Shown in pieces: positions 32,370-39,615 of a stretch of DNA of 64,000 nucleotides. The position numbers and the translations under genes are program-made. Position 1 is the stretch's first letter, and every line of letters begins with the position of its first letter. Where the stretch lies: assembly GCA_015062285.1 (NCBI GenBank), contig SUUY01000003.1:190528-254527 (forward strand). Reading direction: 5' to 3'. Below the pieces are notes generated by a model. That model saw nothing but the letters and a program-made list of their open reading frames with translations, had not been told where the DNA came from and ran no database searches. The DNA is from Alphaproteobacteria bacterium (GTDB lineage: Bacteria > Pseudomonadota > Alphaproteobacteria > RF32 > CAG-239).

Positions 32370-32636
32370 ATGAATAAAAGAACAAAGTATTTTGGGAAAC
32401 CAAAATCAAGTTTCGGTGATCACGAATACACATATCGTGAAGCTGAAGAGCTGTTAGGTCCTTGCACGAGAAAAACTATAGAGTATGGAACTTGGGAGGA
32501 ATACTATGACAACAGAACCTCAACTTGGCATGAAGATCCCAAAACCAGAGTAGTACTTGAAAGATATGATGTGTGGGAGAATGAAAATAAAATAATGATC
32601 CTTGCACAGGATTTTCCAAAATTCCATAAAATTTAA
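32370..32636 (+). CDS. Small hypothetical protein, member A of a tandem paralogue pair
   Basis: 88 aa. It shares the pattern R.K.FG..SSFgD..YT..EA…LG.C…EY……W..HE.P…vLE.YdVWeNE…mlLA with the next ORF. Confidence 0.45.
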   Translation: MNKRTKYFGKPKSSFGDHEYTYREAEELLGPCTRKTIEYGTWEEYYDNRTSTWHEDPKTRVVLERYDVWENENKIMILAQDFPKFHKI

Positions 32637-32640
32637 AATC

Positions 32641-32913
32641 ATGGCACGAACTCGAACAGAATTTCACGGAATTGCTTCTTCTGAGTTTGCAGATCAGAAG
32701 AAGTACACACAGCTCGAAGCTTCTCAGAAGCTTGGTGAATGCAAAAAACAGCTTATGGAATATTCTTCCGTTGAACAAAAATTCTTCAAAGGCTGGAAGT
32801 CTGGCATCCATGAGAAACCTGATCGCTGGGAAGACATAGACGGAACAAAAAAGATACTCGAACTCTATGAAGTTTGGGTAAACGAATCCGGAGAAATGCT
32901 TCTTGCTATTTAA
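32641..32913 (+). CDS. Small hypothetical protein, member B of a tandem paralogue pair
   Basis: About 90 aa from MARTRTEFHG…, starting 5 nt after paralogue A. It is followed by a strong terminator. Confidence 0.45.
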   Translation: MARTRTEFHGIASSEFADQKKYTQLEASQKLGECKKQLMEYSSVEQKFFKGWKSGIHEKPDRWEDIDGTKKILELYEVWVNESGEMLLAI

Positions 32914-32962
32914 AGAAAAACTCCGCATATGAAACAAACATTTCATAATGCGGAGTTTTTTT
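32914..32962. terminator. Bidirectional rho-independent terminator
   Basis: Sequence aaaaACTCCGCATatgaaacaaacatttcatATGCGGAGTttttttt. Confidence 0.8.
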
Positions 32963-32963
32963 A

Positions 32964-33917
32964 TTATACCGTATATTCTCCGGTATAAAAATCTAGACTG
33001 GTAACAACCCCATCGTAGATCTGCTCTACTTTTTTGGTCTCAGGATTAAACTCTGTTATTACAGCGTGGAAAGGCGCCTTACCTTCCCTAAACCTGACAA
33101 ATCTGCCCGACACGGAAAGTGCCTCAATCTGATCATCATAAATTTCCCGATAACGATATACATCATAATCCCAAACCCAAACTGAAACACGTCCTTTATC
33201 TTTGGTAATAAACGAAGGCCCTGCATCAATCTTTTCTGAAGCAAAAAAACTTGTAGCTTCATTTTTTATGCGCCAAATAGAAAACACACCTTTTTCTTTT
33301 TCAACTACAATATATTCAGCATTAAGATCTGAAGCGGACATTGCCTCTTTTTCTTGTTTTGTAAAGCAAACTCTGACATCGCTTCCTGCATATATTCTAC
33401 GCACCCGGTAGCTTGACAGCTTTCCCTCATGCAAAATTGCAAAACGCAAACAAGAAACATTATAAATACTCGGCACATCAAGTAAAAATGAAGCCTTATT
33501 TAATCTCGTTCCTAATTTAATACATATTTGTCTTGAAACAATATTCCAGCAATTATCAGTATCACAATACAAGAGAGCAAACTCTTGTTCTGAAACTTTT
33601 TCATATTCCCAAGACAAAATGTCTATAGTCTGCCAACCGCTATAATCATGTACTTCCATTTGATATCCAAAGTCAATCTTATAGAAGTAATAACTATTGT
33701 TACCAATTTTGCAAAAATCATCTGCAGTACATACAAGTAGTATAATACCAATCAAAAGCACCGGTATTCCAAACATCCAGCAGTTATTCCACCACCAAAT
33801 ACTTACAATACCTACAAAAACAAAGCCGAAAAGAAATAATTCCAAACGACGCCATAAACGCTCCCAAGCGGAAACCGTCGCCAGACGAGACCAGCGGAAA
33901 GAAGTTATTTTCATCAT
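32964..33917 (-). CDS. Hypothetical membrane protein: two N-terminal TM helices (W-rich) and a roughly 240 aa soluble domain
   Basis: 317 aa with no recognisable motifs. Confidence 0.5.
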   Translation of the reverse strand: MMKITSFRWSRLATVSAWERLWRRLELFLFGFVFVGIVSIWWWNNCWMFGIPVLLIGIILLVCTADDFCKIGNNSYYFYKIDFGYQMEVHDYSGWQTIDILSWEYEKVSEQEFALLYCDTDNCWNIVSRQICIKLGTRLNKASFLLDVPSIYNVSCLRFAILHEGKLSSYRVRRIYAGSDVRVCFTKQEKEAMSASDLNAEYIVVEKEKGVFSIWRIKNEATSFFASEKIDAGPSFITKDKGRVSVWVWDYDVYRYREIYDDQIEALSVSGRFVRFREGKAPFHAVITEFNPETKKVEQIYDGVVTSLDFYTGEYTV

Positions 33918-34220
33918 AAATACAAATTATTTTATTAATAAATACTATTTTGTCTAAAACATATCATTATTAGTTTTAATTGCAAGTAAAAAAAAATTAA
34001 AACATTTATATATCTTGAAACATCAGCAAATACTTATGATTTCAAAATAAAAAACTTTACCTATACAACCTTCAACATAAAATTATCATAAAAAAAACAT
34101 TTAATTAGCTCCTTAAAAGATATTACTTTCTGCTTCTCCATCAAAAACGTTTTTATCAATATAAAATATAACTTTAAAACATTATATAAAAAAGCCGATC
34201 AATTTTTTCATAAAAATATA

Positions 34221-34251
34221 TTGACACAATTCGACAAACAGAGTGTATTAT
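34221..34251 (+). promoter_or_regulatory. Near-consensus sigma70-type promoter (TTGACA, 19 nt spacer, TATTAT, with a TG upstream of the -10)
   Basis: ttgacacaattcgacaaacagagtgtattat lies immediately 5' of the SPASM-domain fragment. Confidence 0.4.
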
Positions 34252-34548
34252 ACGACAGAAGCATGTCCTCAAATTGGACATTTTCTAGCCATTGATGCCG
34301 ATGGTAATTGCTCACCGTGCACCAATTGCACCGGTGCTCTTCTCGGCTACAAGTCTCATGAGGATCTGATCCTTAGCAACATCAAGGATACTCCTCTATC
34401 AGAGATATTCTCAAAGGTTGAGCCTATGAGAAAAGCCCTCAACGAAGACTTTTCGGAAGAAAGTCTTGAGAAATATAAGGTATGTAAGCACTGTAGTTTC
34501 ATACCACATGTTGCTCAGATGAATAGACTGGCTGAAGGTAAATTCTAA
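34225..34548 (+). pseudogene. Stranded C-terminal SPASM/twitch-domain fragment of a radical-SAM enzyme. The radical-SAM core is missing.
   Basis: The open frame from 34225 has its first start codon at GTG 34243. It encodes …FLAIDADGNCSPCTNCTGALLGYKSHEDLILSNIKDTPLSEIFS…KVCKHCSF, matching the SPASM signature (…DGNVYPC……GNI.E.SL.EIW…C..C). About 250 aa of upstream core is absent. Confidence 0.5.
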
Positions 34549-34584
34549 AAAAAAGTTCGCAAACATTATGTTTGCGAACTTTTT

Positions 34585-35010
34585 TTAACCTAAACGAGAA
34601 ATCTCGCCATTTTTGAAGATGAATTTCTCATCCTTATACCTGTGCTTAATATCTCGCATCGAAAATGTAGTTCCATCCTCAATGAAATCAAGACCCAGAC
34701 TAAGCTCATCTTCCACAATCTCCATTTTGGTAATTTCCGTGGTCTGTGTAGGTAAAGTCTTTACGTACACAACACCATGTACTTTTTTCAGATCATGTGT
34801 CTTGCCATGGAAGTCAGCTACAAAGCATGGACAACCGAGCCATTCATCACCTTCCCAGTTTTTGTTCACCCATGCCAACTTGATAAAAGTTGAACCTGTA
34901 CCTTCATCTTTATCGAGATCTATCTCAATAAGCTGTGAGGCCAAAAAGGCTTTCATCAGTTCAATTGCCTTTTCTTCACTGGCAACTGCTAAATTTCTTT
35001 TCTTTTTCAT
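34585..35010 (-). CDS. Hypothetical cytoplasmic protein
   Basis: 141 aa ORF with no motifs recognised. Confidence 0.4.
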   Translation of the reverse strand: MKKKRNLAVASEEKAIELMKAFLASQLIEIDLDKDEGTGSTFIKLAWVNKNWEGDEWLGCPCFVADFHGKTHDLKKVHGVVYVKTLPTQTTEITKMEIVEDELSLGLDFIEDGTTFSMRDIKHRYKDEKFIFKNGEISRLG

Positions 35011-35110
35011 AATATATAAATTTATATTTTAATTATAAAGTTTGTATTATAAGTTCTATACTCCACATTAACTATTGTCAAGAATTCTTCCGTAAAATAT
35101 ATATTTTTTC

Positions 35111-35656
35111 TTATTTCTTTGTCGTATTAATCCAAACTCTTCTTTCTTCTTTATCATCAAACAAAATTGCTTCATCTTCATATCCGCCAAATTTAAGCAT
35201 AATTTTTTTCATTGTTTTGTATGATTCAATATTTTTTGCGTTGCAAGTTACTAATACTTTTTTAAGTCCTAATACTTCATTAGCATATTCACAACAAAAC
35301 TCCAGTCCTTGAGTAGCAAACCCCTTCTTTCTTGCAGACGGAATAATATAGTACGCCACATTACCGCCTTCTTTTTTCAGGTTATCTGTCAAATTATGAC
35401 GGAGATCAAAAATACCTACAAATTTTTCATCTTCAATCAACCATAATCTTGTTGATGCAACATACCCCTCTTTTAGCCCTACCCCTAACCTGTTATTTTC
35501 ACAATCAAGCTTATAATCTGCAAAATTACCAAATTTCAAACCGCTTTTAATCCCCATCGTATCATAAGGAGTTGGAAATTTTTTCATTTCTTCCAATCCA
35601 TTTTGAAAAGACAACCAATATTTTTCTTCTGGCAAAATAAGCTTCATCATCTTCAT
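35111..35656 (-). CDS. GNAT family N-acetyltransferase
   Basis: Acetyl-CoA binding motif region NVAYYIIPSARKKGFATQGLEFCCEYANEVLGLKKVLVTCNAKNIESYKTMKKIMLKFGG. Confidence 0.7.
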   Translation of the reverse strand: MKMMKLILPEEKYWLSFQNGLEEMKKFPTPYDTMGIKSGLKFGNFADYKLDCENNRLGVGLKEGYVASTRLWLIEDEKFVGIFDLRHNLTDNLKKEGGNVAYYIIPSARKKGFATQGLEFCCEYANEVLGLKKVLVTCNAKNIESYKTMKKIMLKFGGYEDEAILFDDKEERRVWINTTKK

Positions 35657-35810
35657 TCTCCAATCTTAAAACCAATAACAAACTACAATAACAATTCCAG
35701 CTTTGCAAATAAAAAGCTTTTTCCCAAGGGAATTTTTTTGTTCAATAATTAGCAAAAAACAACTTGACTATAATAAATATTTGCCTTATTTATGGTAGCG
35801 ATCAATTGAT

Positions 35811-35887
35811 GGGCCCATAGCTCAGTTGGTTAGAGCAGGCCGCTCATAACGGTCTGGTCGTTGGTTCGAGTCCATCTGGGCCCACCA
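35811..35887 (+). tRNA. tRNA with a CAT anticodon, most likely tRNA-Ile2 (lysidine, LAU) rather than elongator tRNA-Met
   Basis: GGGCCCATAGCTCAGTTGGTTAGAGCAGGCCGCTCATAACGGTCTGGTCGTTGGTTCGAGTCCATCTGGGCCCACCA forms a cloverleaf with anticodon loop CTCATAA. The C4:G69 and C5:G68 acceptor pairs plus the anticodon-stem sequence resemble E. coli tRNA-Ile2. CCA is encoded. Confidence 0.85.
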
Positions 35888-35892
35888 TAATA

Positions 35893-35924
35893 AAAAGAGG
35901 AAAGATATACTTCCTCTTTTTTTT
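35893..35924 (+). terminator. Rho-independent terminator after the tRNA
   Basis: Sequence aAGAGGAAagatatacTTCCTCTtttttttt. Confidence 0.75.
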
Positions 35925-36082
35925 ATGCTTTCATCTGGCGGACAAGTGGCGGTGGGGGCTGGCGTAGTATCCTCAAAGCCCTGATATTTATTATAGTTGA
36001 TGAGCCTGACAAGTGTGGCGCATCCGATACGCGTTGTTGTAATATCATTGGTGCGTTTCAGTTTATTAAGCAATCGCCTGAT

Positions 36083-36331
36083 TTGAAATATGCTACTGCT
36101 TACATTATGACATTAAATGGCAAAAACTTAGGTTTAGTGCTTGAAATGCTTAACGAAGAAGCTTGGATATTTAAAAAACAAATCGGTGCCAAATTACAGT
36201 TAAGATACACTCCGGATATCAACTTTAGAGTTGATGATACCTTTACGGAAGTCGATAGGATTGAAAATTTGCTTCGCAACCCAAAAGTTGCACAAGATTT
36301 AGCAAAGCCAAACAATCCTGAAGAAGAATAG
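36083..36331 (+). CDS. rbfA: Ribosome-binding factor A, as the track ORF from TTG. RbfA homology continues upstream in the same frame to about 35940 with no canonical start.
   Basis: …YIMTLNGKN…GAKLQLRYTPDINFRVDDTFTEVDRIENLL matches the RbfA C-terminal KH-like consensus (…LRivPeLtFfyD.s.e.g.ri..Ll). Upstream, the same frame reads …RSILKALIFIIVDEPDK……FQFIKQSPDLKYATAYI, matching the RbfA N-terminus. Confidence 0.6.
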   Translation: MKYATAYIMTLNGKNLGLVLEMLNEEAWIFKKQIGAKLQLRYTPDINFRVDDTFTEVDRIENLLRNPKVAQDLAKPNNPEEE

Positions 36332-36349
36332 TGTATAAGTATAAAACAA

Positions 36350-36388
36350 CAAAAAACAGCTCTGAGAATAAACTCAAAGCTGTTTTTT
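36350..36388. terminator. Bidirectional rho-independent terminator
   Basis: Sequence aaaaaACAGCTCTGAGaataaaCTCAAAGCTGTtttttg. Confidence 0.75.
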
Positions 36389-36397
36389 GTTATACAC

Positions 36398-37060
36398 TTA
36401 GAAACTTGATCTTTCTACATGAACCTGCAAAACGGGTCTAAAATAACCCTCCTCCCCGTAATCTAACATTCTCGATGTTTCTTTCTTCTCTTTATCAAAA
36501 CATACCCGAGATGTTATATAATAATTCCTCCGGCACATACCATATGACAACTGATAACCTTTTCGAGGTTCTTTTCCTATCTTAATAAGGGTATCTTCGA
36601 TTTTGTCATAATAACTAGCGATTTTGTATAACAGATTTTTAGCTATTATAATAAGCTGCTCCCCTTCCTTGCAGATAGAAAATAAATTTTCAATACGCTG
36701 TCTAGCTTGTTCATACGATAATCTACGTTCCTGAATATCGTATATGGTAGAGGCGGTAAGATCTCCATATATAAAGTTATCATACGTATCGATCAACTCC
36801 ACAACTGCCTTTATCTTCTTACCTTTGATTACAGAGAATGAAAATGTATCGTCTTCATACCAAATCATACCCGGTTCTATTTTTGTAATCTCTGACAACC
36901 CGAAAACAGCAGGGCTGTTTTTTTCATTTTGAATCAGAGTTTCCATTTTATTAACCAAGTCCTCATCAGGTGTTGATGTAATCCAAGACTTTATAACATC
37001 TTCTCGTGTTACACCCAAAAGCTCCATGAGCTCGTTTACGTGTTTGATTTTTGTTTCCAT
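36398..37060 (-). CDS. Hypothetical protein
   Basis: 220 aa ORF with no recognisable motifs. Confidence 0.45.
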   Translation of the reverse strand: METKIKHVNELMELLGVTREDVIKSWITSTPDEDLVNKMETLIQNEKNSPAVFGLSEITKIEPGMIWYEDDTFSFSVIKGKKIKAVVELIDTYDNFIYGDLTASTIYDIQERRLSYEQARQRIENLFSICKEGEQLIIIAKNLLYKIASYYDKIEDTLIKIGKEPRKGYQLSYGMCRRNYYITSRVCFDKEKKETSRMLDYGEEGYFRPVLQVHVERSSF

Positions 37061-37188
37061 ACTTATATTATGTTAATTATATTCATAAAAATTATTGTTG
37101 TTTATTGAACTAACATATTTTTGACACAAAGTCAATATTTTTTGTCCAGAAATTATATTAATATAATTACATACCCCATTAATTTTTA

Positions 37189-37900
37189 TTAGCGAGGGGT
37201 TTTATTATCAAAATTAGAATAGCTTGATTTATAAAGAAGATCCATCTTATAATATTGCATCGGTGTAATCTCTTCTGCTCTCATTGTTAAGTCAATACCA
37301 GTATCTTGACAAGCTTTTTCAATACCTTGAACAGATTTCAAACTTTGCCTTATCATCTTTCTGCGCTGTCCAAAAGCCTTCGGATTTTGAGGAAGTAAAA
37401 ACCTTATGTAAGAAATATGTGCAAGAGGCCTAAGAGGTCTTGATCGCCCCAAAAAAATGAAAAATTTTTCAATTTTTTTTATAATGCATTGATTTTGAAT
37501 AAATATTTTCATTCGAGTTTTTACTTTTCTTTGATGTGAAAGGTTTGTTTCCTCCTTCCACCGTAAGGTAAATTCCAGGAAAAGTAGAAGTATTCCCCCA
37601 GAAGGAAAATTTTTTTAAAATCTGTTTTTACCCTTTGGTGAGAAGGGCTTTTTATGCCTTTCACGTAAGGTAAATTCCCGAAAAGATCAAAATGTGCCGA
37701 AAAAATAAATTATTTTATAAGTGATTGAATTTGCAGATAAATAAAATGAGGCATCTTTTTCATTTCATGATTTTGCAAGTTTTCATTTAATGATTTTACA
37801 GAAATTCATTTCATGGTTTTGCAATTTATTGTTCGGCAGTTTGAGAGTTTTTTATTTTATGATTTTGCAAAAAAGTATGAAATTCGGTAAAAATTTTCGC
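37189..37900 (-). pseudogene. ksgA: Decayed 16S rRNA (adenine1518/1519-N6)-dimethyltransferase gene (ksgA/rsmA remnant); the 5' boundary is approximate
   Basis: The ORF 37189..37512 ends …LLPQNPKAFGQRRKMIRQSLKSVQGIEKACQDTGIDLTMRAEEITPMQYYKM, the KsgA C-terminus (compare AFNQRRKTIRNSL…GIDPAMRAE..S.AQY). Further upstream, out-of-frame remnants of the FGNLPY motif occur twice (about 37557-37580 and 37660-37690). There is no intact reading frame for the N-terminal roughly 200 aa. Confidence 0.55.
37757..37872. repeat. Degenerate tandem array of about four 23 bp units (ttttcatttcatgattttgcaa-like)
   Basis: Units at about 37757, 37781, 37803 and 37849. They lie inside the decayed ksgA region. Confidence 0.6.
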
Positions 37901-37921
37901 TTTTCGGTAAATATTCGGTAA
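37883..37921. repeat. Three copies of ttcggtaa at 20 and 11 bp spacing
   Basis: Sequence ttcggtaaaaattttcgcttttcggtaaatattcggtaa. Confidence 0.5.
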
Positions 37922-38065
37922 TATTTAGGTGAGATTTTTTTTAATAACCCAGAGTAATTTTTAGATACAAGCTCAGACCAGATTGAGCTTTATCTTTTTG
38001 TAAGTATCGGGAATATAAAGATATTCAAAAATCTTAAATCCAATGGGGTCTTATCCATCACCATT

Positions 38066-38096
38066 AAAAAAGCCTCTCGCAAAGAGAGGCTTTTTT
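38066..38096. terminator. Bidirectional rho-independent terminator
   Basis: Sequence aaaaaaGCCTCTCgcaaaGAGAGGCtttttt. Confidence 0.8.
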
Positions 38097-38129
38097 AATG
38101 GGTAGAAGTGTCTTTTTAGATGAGTTAGG

Positions 38130-38594
38130 TTATCTTGGTTTATTTTTCATTTTGATATTATATTTGTTTTTCTTTTTGCTTCCTGTTACGAAAAAAAGCA
38201 TAAAAAACCATATAATTAATAAAATTTCTCCCAACATACTGATATCATCGTTTTTTGTTAAAACAGTAAAGAATATAGGTGCAAGGACAAACCATCCTGA
38301 TAAATTTAAATCGTGGAGCCTTTTTATTGTAAGCATAAAGTCGATGTAAATACTTCCAATTAGAGGAATACTTAATCCAATTTCAATATGTTGTTGGTTG
38401 CTATATGCTTCATCTATAATAAAATGTGTTAATAGTAATTTAAATGCAATTAGTATTATTGAATATATAAAAAAAGGAAAACGTGATATTCGTCCTTTTG
38501 TGCTACATATACTTCCATTTATTTTTTCATTCCAATGTAGTTTTTTTATTATAGCCTCCCAAAATTCATATGTAAAAATATTTATGTTTTTCAT
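38130..38594 (-). CDS. DUF805 family inner-membrane protein (YhaH/YhaI-like)
   Basis: KGRISRFPFFIYSIILIAF… and …LTIKRLHDLNLSGWFVLAPIF match the DUF805 signature (RisR..yw…RRLHD.g.SGWw). Confidence 0.7.
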   Translation of the reverse strand: MKNINIFTYEFWEAIIKKLHWNEKINGSICSTKGRISRFPFFIYSIILIAFKLLLTHFIIDEAYSNQQHIEIGLSIPLIGSIYIDFMLTIKRLHDLNLSGWFVLAPIFFTVLTKNDDISMLGEILLIIWFFMLFFVTGSKKKNKYNIKMKNKPR

Positions 38595-38804
38595 TTTATT
38601 TCCTTAAGGTAATTTTTGTATAAGTAAATTTTAAGAATAAAAAGTTTTTTTGCAAATTAAAAAAATAAATGAATTTTGTTTGTGTATTAAATATTGTTTA
38701 TGTATTTTTATAATTAAACAAGCTCTTTTAATTGATATTGGAACTCTTCATAATAGGAGATTATTTCAGTTAGTAATTCATCAATATTCCACCACCATTC
38801 TATA

Positions 38805-38831
38805 CAACCTCTTGTTTCTGACAAGAGGTTG
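38805..38831. promoter_or_regulatory. Perfect 11 bp inverted repeat (caacctcttgt ttctg acaagaggttg) without a U-tract; candidate operator or structured leader
   Basis: Seen directly in the sequence. It overlaps the GTG start of the small ORF 38831..39076. Confidence 0.4.
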
Positions 38832-39076
38832 TGTCCTTATTGGAAAATGTTTATACCTACAGAGGTTGGATTGCAAAAAAACGATCAACTGAAAACGCAA
38901 AAAAGACCCAATTAGAAAACATAAAAATTGCAAATGTTTTCTTCTCAAACGGAAGTTCCGTAACAATCCCCGTAAACGGGGATCCGCTTTGGCTTGATGC
39001 CGAGATAGGTATGAATGTCAAACATTATAAAATCTTAAATGATGATATATATGAGTTGACTTTCGATAAAGAGTAA
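38831..39076 (+). CDS. Small hypothetical protein (GTG start); coding status uncertain
   Basis: 81 aa ORF followed by a strong terminator. No SD or motifs were recognised. Confidence 0.3.
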   Translation: MSLLENVYTYRGWIAKKRSTENAKKTQLENIKIANVFFSNGSSVTIPVNGDPLWLDAEIGMNVKHYKILNDDIYELTFDKE

Positions 39077-39077
39077 A

Positions 39078-39113
39078 CAAAAAAACATTCAAGAACCCTC
39101 TTGAATGTTTTTT
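39078..39113. terminator. Bidirectional rho-independent terminator
   Basis: Sequence aaaaaaACATTCAAGaacctCTTGAATGTtttttt. Confidence 0.8.
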
Positions 39114-39115
39114 AC

Positions 39116-39526
39116 TCATAATTCCGGAATGAATGTTCGCCACTCGGAATACAAATCGATCTTTTTTCGCTCTACTACCTCAACAAAAGTAGAGATAATC
39201 TCTCTTTCCTCATCCGTTAGTGGAAGGCCTTTTTTTGTAAACATCCAAGCAAGTATTAATTCCTCATTCTGCTTAAAAAAAGAATCTTCGCATTTATCAG
39301 TATAATACTTGATAACACTTTTCATGTCCTGATAGCCAAGCTTTTTATCTTTATTTATAGTATTTTCTATCTCTTTATCAAGCTTTACCTCCCATTGTCT
39401 CAACACAACATAGGTCTGTAAAAACTCTTGTACATCAGATTTCAAAACACCTGAAAAAAGCAAATAAGCCAAATGTATTGCATCAGTAAATTCTTCTTTT
39501 GCCTTCGCTAATAATTTTTGTACCAT
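39116..39526 (-). CDS. Hypothetical protein downstream of rpoD
   Basis: 136 aa ORF with no motifs recognised. Confidence 0.4.
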   Translation of the reverse strand: MVQKLLAKAKEEFTDAIHLAYLLFSGVLKSDVQEFLQTYVVLRQWEVKLDKEIENTINKDKKLGYQDMKSVIKYYTDKCEDSFFKQNEELILAWMFTKKGLPLTDEEREIISTFVEVVERKKIDLYSEWRTFIPEL

Positions 39527-39615
39527 AATATAAAAGTTTTAAGTGTTAATTATAAAATTGTGAGCATAAAATAACACCCTTAACATCAATGTCAAGGGTG
39601 TTATTTTTATATATC

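Noticed and set aside
35900-36060. GC-rich 160 bp after the tRNA as a possible ncRNA (SRP RNA, tmRNA piece or RNase P) or integrated-element attachment scar
   Set aside because: No conserved ncRNA motifs or cloverleaf-like structure were recognised. Instead, the frame carries clear RbfA N-terminal homology, so it is better explained as the abnormal 5' part of rbfA.
35822-36073. 83 aa minus-strand ORF
   Set aside because: It is antisense to the CAT-anticodon tRNA and its terminator and runs through the rbfA upstream region. It is a spurious ORF.
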